64,000 nt of DNA, taken from the NCBI GenBank assembly GCA_050294405.1, contig JBNKOC010000007.1:1-64000 (forward strand), read 5' to 3'. A model generated the notes under the pieces. That model did no database searches. It was given only the letters and a program-made list of their open reading frames with translations, and was not told the DNA's origin. The position numbers and the translations under genes are program-made. This DNA comes from Fibrobacteria bacterium (lineage in GTDB: Bacteria > Fibrobacterota > Fibrobacteria > UBA11236 > JADFYW01). Shown in pieces: positions 19,037 through 27,300 of the stretch. Each line of letters starts with the position of its first letter. Position 1 is the stretch's first letter.

Positions 19037-21754
19037 TCAGTTTACAAAGCCTACCCGGCTCACAAAATCATACTCATTCTTGGCCGCGCCCAGGGTTTCA
19101 TCGGGGTCGTATTTAAAAATAGCCTTGAGTATATACACACCGCTTCCCACTTTGATTCCATCGTCTATCATTCCATCCCAAACTACTCTGGCTTCATAGC
19201 GAGGGCGCAAGGCATCTGCGCCTGATACATCCCGCATTTGGACAAAGTCATCTGTGGTTATTTTGCCAGATGATGTGGTGAGATAATGGCCCAGGTTACT
19301 GTACACTACAAAGGTGTAACTTACGGGAAACTCCGTCACAAACTTAATAACTGGCCCTATAAAATCCCCGTCTCCGGTCTGGACTGTGCAGTCATCGCAC
19401 TTGCCGTTTTTACTCCCGGAAATGGGAATACCGCGGGAATCCACTAATATAAAATTTTCCGAATTGTTTTTAACTAAATCCGGATCCACATTTCTGGCTT
19501 GGTCTTCCGGATGGCTCACAGTATATTTTCCAATTTCCTGCAAGGGAGCTTCGCCTTTTGTGGTGGTAAAAATAAGAGACTTGGGAACATTGCCTTTTTT
19601 ATCGCCGATTTCGCCATTGGGAGTAATGGCAACCGAATCCCCTTCAATAACATAATACCCATCCGAAGAGGATATTTCTATTTCATACTGGTTCTCTTTT
19701 CCTTCAACCTCCACAATGCCCAATATATCAATAAGGTTATCGGTTAGATTGGTGTCTTTCCTGAAAATGGTAATGGGATTTTTCGCTTCGTCCTTAACAT
19801 CAACAGCTTCGGAAAAAGTCACTGTTATTATTTGCGTGCTACCTGTTCCAGGATCTTCAGCTTCCACATGGCTAATAACCGGGGGAACCGAATCTAACAT
19901 GGGAAATGTGCTTGCAGATATCGGAACATTATCCTGACGAAAGGTTTGGCCATAGTCATCAGGGTACTCAATATCGGTCACTCCGAAGGGAAAGGGATTG
20001 TTTAAAGTTACCGTAATCTGGCTTTTGTTGCTTCCCGAAAATTCAATCTCACCCTCTGATTCCTGAGCCAATCTTTCGTGCTCTATGCCGTTATCCAAAA
20101 CCACAAATCGCAACTGATCCGGGAGCTCCTCTATGCTTTCATCAAAATTAATGACAATAGTTTCCATTCTGCCATCTTCATCCAGGTCATAAGCCACGGA
20201 ATTTTTAACTCCCGGACCGTATTTTAACTGAATGCTGATGCTGGCGCTATCCATTGGTATATAGGGGTTTTGGTAAAATAAAGTGATGGTCATCCCATCT
20301 TCGCCCTGCACTTTTAAATCATCGGGAATAGCCTCATCGGCTTGGTGATCAAACATGATATTGTTTACCCAAAGCGAATCGTTTACCTGGTTCACATCCT
20401 TGGTATTTTCCTGATCTTCTTCATCGCCTTGGGTGGTTGTAATGTTTACCGAAAATTCGTCCACATCCGCCTTGGTATGTAAATGATATGTCAGAGCTTC
20501 ATCTCCCTGCTGGTAAGATTCGAGATAAGAGCTAATGGGCCTGTCATCATCGTTATACAAGGTGAAATAGGGCATACTTCTGCAAACCGGCGGCTCTTCT
20601 AACCAGGAAAATTCTTCTCCCTCCACTTCTCCCCTATGTACTTTAAAAGAGGTGGTGTCGTTTTCCAAACCATTGGTATAGGAAGTGATAATGCGAATTT
20701 CATTTAAACCGGTATCCAAGTAAATAGGTCCGGGCAATTCCAGGGTATACATCCCCGAATCTCCGTTATTAAAATTATGCCCGGAGGCGGGAACGTCGTA
20801 ATTGCGGTTAGTAGCCAAATTGGTGACTAAAGTCATATTGGGCACGCCACCCACAAAAATTAAATCAATAATATCCTCGGTCAGTAATGAGGCCAAAGTG
20901 CTTACATCTGAAACGGGATAAAATGTACCCCCGGTTTTTTCCGAAATATCAAATAAATCCTGTTGGTTTAAAACGTTAGCTCCCAAAAAAATGGTATGGG
21001 TGGTGGGCCAGCTATCCCAGATGTTTTTATAAATGTATGGATCTCCCAATGGGCGGTTAGGCCTGCCGTCTGAGAGGAAGATAATCACCTGTTCGCTTTT
21101 AGGCCGGGAAGAACCCGATAGAATATTCATAGCCTCGGCCATAGCCGCGTAATAATTAGTGGAACGCTCTGCATCATTCACTATTGTCATTTTAATGTCA
21201 TCAATAGTTTCAGAAGTAAGGGGTTGTAGATCTCCCGAGGAATATGTTACCGATTCATTAAACAGCACCACGCCTACATTGGCCAGGCCGCCGGACTTTA
21301 CCAAAGCGCTGTCTAAAAATTCATGAAAGGCAGGCGCCCGAAGGCCATCGGGGTCGCCGGAAATACAATTTGGATCGGGGTTCTGAGGATCTGGATAATC
21401 AGGCTGCCCGTACTCGGTATTTCTATCACAGTAATGCGCTATTCCATCATTATCCACCCACTCATTCGCCATGGAGCCGGTGTTATCCATAATTAAAACA
21501 ATGTCCTTTGATCCAGTACTCACTTCGGATTCATTACAAATATTCAATCCGTTTTGTCGAATGCCAACCACATAGGACTGCACGATAAAAAGGGAGTCTA
21601 CCGGAACATTAGGAGAATAACATCCGGAATTAGGTTCTACTTCGCAGATAATACTTCCCTCGCCTTGGGCAAATAATATTTGGGGCAAAAAAAGAAAAAG
21701 GCCTAGAAAGGCCGGCATAGCAGTTTTAACGAAGTTGATTTTTAGGGCCTTCAA
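19037..21754 (-). CDS. Secreted VWA-domain protein with Fibrobacterota-type C-terminal domain
   Basis: Signal peptide; MIDAS DIVLIMDNTGSM, STNY, IIFLSDGRPN; C-terminus VYSNLGHY...VWDG...VGSGVYILK; very acidic. Confidence 0.82.
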   Translation of the reverse strand: MKALKINFVKTAMPAFLGLFLFLPQILFAQGEGSIICEVEPNSGCYSPNVPVDSLFIVQSYVVGIRQNGLNICNESEVSTGSKDIVLIMDNTGSMANEWVDNDGIAHYCDRNTEYGQPDYPDPQNPDPNCISGDPDGLRAPAFHEFLDSALVKSGGLANVGVVLFNESVTYSSGDLQPLTSETIDDIKMTIVNDAERSTNYYAAMAEAMNILSGSSRPKSEQVIIFLSDGRPNRPLGDPYIYKNIWDSWPTTHTIFLGANVLNQQDLFDISEKTGGTFYPVSDVSTLASLLTEDIIDLIFVGGVPNMTLVTNLATNRNYDVPASGHNFNNGDSGMYTLELPGPIYLDTGLNEIRIITSYTNGLENDTTSFKVHRGEVEGEEFSWLEEPPVCRSMPYFTLYNDDDRPISSYLESYQQGDEALTYHLHTKADVDEFSVNITTTQGDEEDQENTKDVNQVNDSLWVNNIMFDHQADEAIPDDLKVQGEDGMTITLFYQNPYIPMDSASISIQLKYGPGVKNSVAYDLDEDGRMETIVINFDESIEELPDQLRFVVLDNGIEHERLAQESEGEIEFSGSNKSQITVTLNNPFPFGVTDIEYPDDYGQTFRQDNVPISASTFPMLDSVPPVISHVEAEDPGTGSTQIITVTFSEAVDVKDEAKNPITIFRKDTNLTDNLIDILGIVEVEGKENQYEIEISSSDGYYVIEGDSVAITPNGEIGDKKGNVPKSLIFTTTKGEAPLQEIGKYTVSHPEDQARNVDPDLVKNNSENFILVDSRGIPISGSKNGKCDDCTVQTGDGDFIGPVIKFVTEFPVSYTFVVYSNLGHYLTTSSGKITTDDFVQMRDVSGADALRPRYEARVVWDGMIDDGIKVGSGVYILKAIFKYDPDETLGAAKNEYDFVSRVGFVN

Positions 21755-21796
21755 TTTTCAAATCCTCTATTCGGTTTTTCTTATTTTACCACATTC

Positions 21797-21826
21797 TATA
21801 CGAATGGTCCTCCCCAACGGTTACAA
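21797..21826 (-). promoter_or_regulatory. Putative ECF-sigma promoter TTGTAACC-N16-CGTATA for the VWA gene
   Basis: -35 and -10 boxes and spacer length identical to the divergent copy at 21929-21958. Confidence 0.7.
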
Positions 21827-21928
21827 CTGGCCGAAAAAAACTTTAAAAAGCTAAAAGAGGCTCTATTTTTTAAAAAAATAAGGAATTAGCCCGTTATTTA
21901 GGATAAATGGCCTCCCTTTAGTTTTTCA

Positions 21929-21958
21929 TTGTAACCGGGTATTCTCCTTTAGCGTATA
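21929..21958 (+). promoter_or_regulatory. Putative ECF-sigma promoter TTGTAACC-N16-CGTATA for the TSP3-repeat lipoprotein
   Basis: Twin of 21797-21826; 35 nt upstream of ATG 21994. Confidence 0.7.
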
Positions 21959-21993
21959 ATAGGTATAACGGGGAAGTCCCTTGAGGAAAAACT

Positions 21994-23514
21994 ATGGAAA
22001 AAACGGTAAAAAATCTCTTTTTATTACTATGCCTGGGATTATTGTCCAGCCTTTATCTGGCTTGTGAGAAAGGCACAAACCCTAAAAATGAAAAAGAAGA
22101 TTTAGATCCAGATAAAACCACCACCCAGTTGGAAGATGTGCTGGATTCGGCGGATCAATTTATCATCGACACCGATAATGACGGTATTGCCGACCTTTCT
22201 GACAATGATATTGATGGGGATGGCATTCCCAATACCCAAGACTCAGATATGGATGGGGATGGAAAAAGAAATGAAGATGATTTGGATATGGATGGCGATG
22301 GTTACCTCAATGTGGTAGATGCCGATATGGATGGGGATGGAATTTTAAACTCCCTGGACAGTGATTTGGATGGAGATGGGATAGAAAATGACGTGGACCC
22401 CGATATAGACGGTGACGGAATCGCCAATGATGCGGATAATGACATGGATGGGGATGGAATTGTAAACTCTGCGGACAACACCATTGGCGGCGAGAACACC
22501 ATTATCAATGGAATTGTTATTAAGCCAGGAGATTTAGATGGCGATGGAATAGACAATCAAATAGACCCGGATATTGACGGGGATGGAATCAGCAATAAAG
22601 AGGACGATGACATTGACGGAGATGGATATCCAAATGGAGAAGATTTTAATTTTGGCTTCGGAAAAGATTTAATCACCAATAGCAACAACACAGACAATAA
22701 AAACGACACCGGGAATGTGGTGCCCGACAAACCTATTACCGATACCACCGGAGGTTCTTCCTCAATCGAAGATGGCTCCCAGGACAGAATCAAAAGATTG
22801 GGCAAAGACCAATGTTACTGGGGGGATAACGGTTCTGGACAAGAAGTACCCCTGGTTAAAATCATCCATGCGGTAAGCGATGATTTGGTGGACATTGTGG
22901 TTATTTTTAGCCCTGATTTTGTGGACAACAGCTGGGGAGAAAATGTTGTGGGCACTTCAAGCTACAAGGTTAAAAACCGTCCCTTTAGTTCTGTCCATAA
23001 GAGCGACCATGTTATTTTGAATCTACGGGACGCTAACCAAAAAATAGTTATGGACGTCAAATTAGATTTGCTGTCTCAGATTAACGACAGCACTTGGATT
23101 ACTCTTGGTCCTAATGGCGAAGACGGCTATATCGGAGGCCCTAACAATGTGGGTGAATTGGAAGATATTCTTTCTTTTGGCACCACTACCCACGATAACT
23201 TAAATGAATACGGATACGATGTTGTTGGAAATGAACTTCATATTAATTCTCCAGCCACCGATTCCCTATATACACCTAATCCCGATTTTCCTGAATGGGA
23301 ATTCCGGGTGGCCTACCGCATGACCGTAACCAAAGACTTGTTTGGCGATGCCGGTTATGGGGATGTGCTTATGACTTCTGTCCATGCTTCACCTGCCAAA
23401 ACAGCTTCCAGTACTATTGAAGTAGATGATGGCAGTTGCGAAGACACTGGAGACTTGTTCATTCTAAAAGATGTGACTCAAAAAACTTTTGAAATCACAG
23501 AATGGACTGAATAA
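21994..23514 (+). CDS. Lipoprotein with thrombospondin type-3-like Ca-binding repeats
   Basis: Lipobox YLAC; about 11 DxDGDG repeats, mostly with 13-aa period; uncharacterised C-terminal domain. Confidence 0.8.
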   Translation: MEKTVKNLFLLLCLGLLSSLYLACEKGTNPKNEKEDLDPDKTTTQLEDVLDSADQFIIDTDNDGIADLSDNDIDGDGIPNTQDSDMDGDGKRNEDDLDMDGDGYLNVVDADMDGDGILNSLDSDLDGDGIENDVDPDIDGDGIANDADNDMDGDGIVNSADNTIGGENTIINGIVIKPGDLDGDGIDNQIDPDIDGDGISNKEDDDIDGDGYPNGEDFNFGFGKDLITNSNNTDNKNDTGNVVPDKPITDTTGGSSSIEDGSQDRIKRLGKDQCYWGDNGSGQEVPLVKIIHAVSDDLVDIVVIFSPDFVDNSWGENVVGTSSYKVKNRPFSSVHKSDHVILNLRDANQKIVMDVKLDLLSQINDSTWITLGPNGEDGYIGGPNNVGELEDILSFGTTTHDNLNEYGYDVVGNELHINSPATDSLYTPNPDFPEWEFRVAYRMTVTKDLFGDAGYGDVLMTSVHASPAKTASSTIEVDDGSCEDTGDLFILKDVTQKTFEITEWTE

Positions 23515-23534
23515 TCCAAAAATTCACTGAAAAG

Positions 23535-23570
23535 TAGCCCTTCCGCAGAAAAATCTGCGGTGATGGGCTA
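23535..23570 (+). terminator. Hairpin after the TSP3 lipoprotein
   Basis: tagccc..ccgcaga-aaaa-tctgcgg..gggcta; weak U-tract. Confidence 0.5.
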
Positions 23571-23612
23571 ATAGTTTATATTTTTGGGGTTTTAAACCGG
23601 GATACTCCGCTT

Positions 23613-24455
23613 TTGAACCCTGTTAATATTTACGAATTTACAGATTTTAGAAAATATCTTGAGAGCTATTTTCTGTGGATGCAATCCCAGGATGGGAGCA
23701 TTACAAAATCCAAAATATGTAAGTTGCTTGGCGTTCCCAACAGCCGCAGTTTTTTTTCGGAAATTTTAAACGGACGAGAGCTCACCCCCACCTTTGAAGA
23801 ACGCCTTTTAAGCTCCGTGCTGGATATTAACATGGATGAGGAGGCCTATTTCAGGGTTTTAGTAAAATACAACCAATGCCAAAATTCTCTGGACAGATCC
23901 CTTTTATTCGACAAGTTGGTGGAACTCAACAAAACACCTAAAAAAATATTAGATAAAAAACTGTATGGCTATTACCGCAGCTGGCAACATTCTACCATCC
24001 GCGCCCATTTGGATATACATAACCTTAAAAAAAATTACAGCGAATTTGCAAAACACATACATCCTCCTTTAAGTGGTAAACAAGTTCGGGAGTCCATCCA
24101 GCTTATGGCCAGACTCGGGCTTATTGACCAGGACGAAAATGGCAACTGGAAGCCCTCCCACCCCGCCATTAGTTCCGACTCGAATATCAAAAACGAAATG
24201 GTCAAACACTACACGGCCCAATGTTTTGAATTGGGGAAAAATTCTATTTATGAGGAAATTGGGCAAAAACGAAATTTAAGCACAATGACCTTGAGTATGT
24301 CCGAAAAAACCCTCCATAAAATTTTGTCCAAATTACAAACCTTCAAATCAGAAATACGGTCCATAGTGAACAAAGAAAAAGATCCGGCAGACAGAGTTTA
24401 CCAGTTTAATTTTCAGTTGTTTCCACAATCCACTCTCGGGGAAAAATCTAAATGA
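23613..24455 (+). CDS. TIGR02147 family protein, copy 2
   Basis: NIYEFTDFRKYLESYF, YFRVLVKYNQ, YYRSWQHSTIR, RNLSTMT, DRVYQFNFQLFP; TTG start. Confidence 0.92.
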   Translation: MNPVNIYEFTDFRKYLESYFLWMQSQDGSITKSKICKLLGVPNSRSFFSEILNGRELTPTFEERLLSSVLDINMDEEAYFRVLVKYNQCQNSLDRSLLFDKLVELNKTPKKILDKKLYGYYRSWQHSTIRAHLDIHNLKKNYSEFAKHIHPPLSGKQVRESIQLMARLGLIDQDENGNWKPSHPAISSDSNIKNEMVKHYTAQCFELGKNSIYEEIGQKRNLSTMTLSMSEKTLHKILSKLQTFKSEIRSIVNKEKDPADRVYQFNFQLFPQSTLGEKSK

Positions 24456-27088
24456 AGGTATTCGGCCATTTCTTATATCTTCCTGTAAGACTATATGGCC
24501 CCATGTTGCTAGCCATGTTAAGTCTCAGCTGCCTGGAAAAAACAGCGGGCACCTCTTCAGAAACCGAAGTGGGCGATATTGCTGTGGTTATTGAAAGTGT
24601 GGACGGCAACGGAGCTGTGGTTCCATACGGGCAAGTTTCACTAAAACCCGAAGATCCCTCGGGGATTAGTTATTCTGGAAAAGCGGATAGCTCGGGCCGA
24701 ATAGTTTTTGACCGGATTCCGGCAGGGAATTATACGCTACTCAATTTTGGCGATTCCTTGGGCTCATTGCAAAAATTAGCCTTGCGAACAGAGGATAGCC
24801 TGATTGTGGATACCCTATTTGAATACGGCGCTATTGAAGGCCAGGTAGATCCAGACCTGTTACTCCCAGGCAATAACATATCGGTTTTTATTCCTATTTT
24901 GGATAGGGAGGTTCTGGTAAACGAAGACGGCAGCTTTTTCTTAGAGAAACTTCCTGAATATATATATCAACTTGAAATTGAAACCCAGTTGCCCATCCCC
25001 GAACTTCCAGATTCTGTAGAGGTGGATGTGCCCAGAGCTACTGTAGTTCCCCTTTGGCTAGGAGCTCGGGTAAACCAGGAGTTAGAAAGGCTAATCAGTC
25101 TCTTTAATGGTTTTAGTAATACTATTGGGCTCGCGACTTCGGATGGCAGTATCCAGGATCTTGAAAATGGACTTAGGCTCACGGGAAATGTTAGTCTTTC
25201 TTTTCCCTTTGGGCAAATTGATTTTGAGCAGGCCAGCCTAACGGTTCTGGTGGACTCGATGGGCAATTTCCAAAAAATAGAAGGGGTCGCCACTGTTCCC
25301 AATTTCAGCAAGCTGGCCCGTATAAACAACCCAATTGAATTTACCGGCTATTTAAAAACAGGGATTCAACTAAATGAAAGCGGAGAAATTCCTTTTAGCT
25401 TAAACCATCTGCATTATTTTCTTTGGGTAGAATCGGTAAACCCCATATCTTTAACATTAGACAGCAACAGCTATAGCCTTTCTCCCAGCCTATCCGTTCC
25501 TTTTAAAATGCTCCAGGGTCTGGATGAAGAACTGTTATACATTGAGGCTGATTTTGATCCCCTGGGCGCAAAAGGAGCTTTTGCCTATGCTCCTCAAAAT
25601 GGAATACCTTTTGAGCCAGAATTAAATATTCCCCTGCGCGGTTCCCCCCTTTCCGGGAGTAGATATTACCACGGGAGCTATTTGCTTTGGGACAGCAATT
25701 ACGAGGCTTCCGGAAACCTAACCATAAGAAATATGGACGGAACTCCTGTCCACGGAGATATATATCCATTACCTCAACTTGGCCAAATAGCCGGATTTGA
25801 AGGTCAAATTAATTTAAATATTCCAATATATGGCGTAGGACCCTTATATTTTGACAGCCTGAAAATAGCTGGTTATTGGGAGCGCAGCCAGACCAGTGAA
25901 ACCCTGGATTTGTATTTGAATAACGGGTTTAGCTCCAAATGGCCAATGGGTTACTCCATTAGGCCTACCGATATCGAAGGTAGTTTTTCTTTAAACAACA
26001 ATTCAGATACATCTTATTTTAGGCCGCAAATAAAAATATCCGGGAAAGGGGTTCTGGATTTCCCTGGCGGGACTCTGCCCTTTGAAGGCAACATAAACAT
26101 GGAATACGATTCCATCAGTTTTCAGGGCAACTTATTCCAGGAAAAATTTGCATCCTTCACCGGGCGGATGGATTATGACTCTACTGTTGTTTTTCTGAAC
26201 ATAGATTCAGATGTTGTTCAGTTGTTTCAACAGAGTATTAAAGCCCGGGTTTCCGAAGGTTTGGCAACCGTAGATTCTTTAACCAACAGGCTAAATGAAT
26301 TGAGCGGGCTTTTTGAGGATGCTTTAACTTTAGAAGGTATACGGGAGGATGCCGCCAGTTGGGCCAGTTCCATAAAATCCACCATTGAAACAGAAGCCTA
26401 TAAACGGGGAAATGAGGAGGTTGATGCCCATTGGCCATCGGGGGCACCTACATCTTACAAGCCAACAGTGAAAAAACAAGTGGCCAAAGATATTGAAGGC
26501 GAGTTAAAAATACATTTAGCTGATTTAAATAATTTAATTCGTTTGGCGGAATCCCCTCTTAAAACCAGAGAGTTTTTACAGAGTTTACAATCACAGTTAA
26601 TTGATATTTCAAAGGATGAAACCATTACTATTAGCGGAAAGGTCAATGGAAGTTTTTGCGCCCAATACATTATTGTTTGCGTTAAGACTATCAATTACAC
26701 TGTAAATTACAGCTATACAGCTACCGTTTTTTCCAGCAGCCAAAGAGCTGAATTAGCCCGGGGAGCCGAACTAGTGGATGAAGCGCTGGAATTATTGGAC
26801 TTGCTGGAAACAGTTGGCATTGATTTGGAAGAACTGCAAGATGTTCAGTGGGATGAAGTGAACACTTCTGGTGAAGATTTCCCTCAATTAGAATTTGTGC
26901 GTATAGCCCTACCCCATCCGGGAGAAGCGGGGTTTAGCGACAGCAGCCACGCAAATTTGGATTTTAAAATTGGCAGCGGCCAATTTAATGCCAGCATAAA
27001 ATTATTAGAGGTGGATTCTCTCTTGAACCTGCTGGGCGAAAAAACTTTAACTCTCCCCGAGTTTTCCGCCATAGTCGAAGGCCTGTAA
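24452..27088 (+). CDS. Large lipoprotein: carboxypeptidase-regulatory-like Ig domains plus unknown region paralogous to 27301..29544
   Basis: Lipobox SLSC; ADSSGRIVFDRIPAGNYTL, VNEDGSFFLEKLPEYIYQL; ATGA overlap with TIGR02147. Confidence 0.75.
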   Translation: MKVFGHFLYLPVRLYGPMLLAMLSLSCLEKTAGTSSETEVGDIAVVIESVDGNGAVVPYGQVSLKPEDPSGISYSGKADSSGRIVFDRIPAGNYTLLNFGDSLGSLQKLALRTEDSLIVDTLFEYGAIEGQVDPDLLLPGNNISVFIPILDREVLVNEDGSFFLEKLPEYIYQLEIETQLPIPELPDSVEVDVPRATVVPLWLGARVNQELERLISLFNGFSNTIGLATSDGSIQDLENGLRLTGNVSLSFPFGQIDFEQASLTVLVDSMGNFQKIEGVATVPNFSKLARINNPIEFTGYLKTGIQLNESGEIPFSLNHLHYFLWVESVNPISLTLDSNSYSLSPSLSVPFKMLQGLDEELLYIEADFDPLGAKGAFAYAPQNGIPFEPELNIPLRGSPLSGSRYYHGSYLLWDSNYEASGNLTIRNMDGTPVHGDIYPLPQLGQIAGFEGQINLNIPIYGVGPLYFDSLKIAGYWERSQTSETLDLYLNNGFSSKWPMGYSIRPTDIEGSFSLNNNSDTSYFRPQIKISGKGVLDFPGGTLPFEGNINMEYDSISFQGNLFQEKFASFTGRMDYDSTVVFLNIDSDVVQLFQQSIKARVSEGLATVDSLTNRLNELSGLFEDALTLEGIREDAASWASSIKSTIETEAYKRGNEEVDAHWPSGAPTSYKPTVKKQVAKDIEGELKIHLADLNNLIRLAESPLKTREFLQSLQSQLIDISKDETITISGKVNGSFCAQYIIVCVKTINYTVNYSYTATVFSSSQRAELARGAELVDEALELLDLLETVGIDLEELQDVQWDEVNTSGEDFPQLEFVRIALPHPGEAGFSDSSHANLDFKIGSGQFNASIKLLEVDSLLNLLGEKTLTLPEFSAIVEGL

Positions 27089-27202
27089 CCGAAAAAGCCA
27101 GCGTTTTTTAAGCCAAAAACCTCTTTTTTACCCGAATTTTGAGGGTTTTCTCGATGAGTGCAACGATGTATCATGTTGCGAGGGCTATTTTTAGGAGTCC
27201 CT

Positions 27203-27225
27203 ACTGTGCACGAGCTATGCACAGT
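27203..27225. promoter_or_regulatory. Inverted repeat ACTGTGCA-N7-TGCACAGT, candidate operator
   Basis: Perfect 8-bp arms, no U-tract, 75 nt upstream of ATG 27301. Confidence 0.45.
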
Positions 27226-27300
27226 GCCCCCCTATCTTTCTCCCCTAAATGACGGTACCTTTATATCATCATTCATTAACATCAATCGGAGGAAATAAAA

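Noticed and set aside
22165..22630. Periodic gatggggatgg-type repeats as a CRISPR array or DNA tandem repeat
   Set aside because: In-frame DxDGDG protein repeats with synonymous variation; no identical repeats with unique spacers and no cas genes
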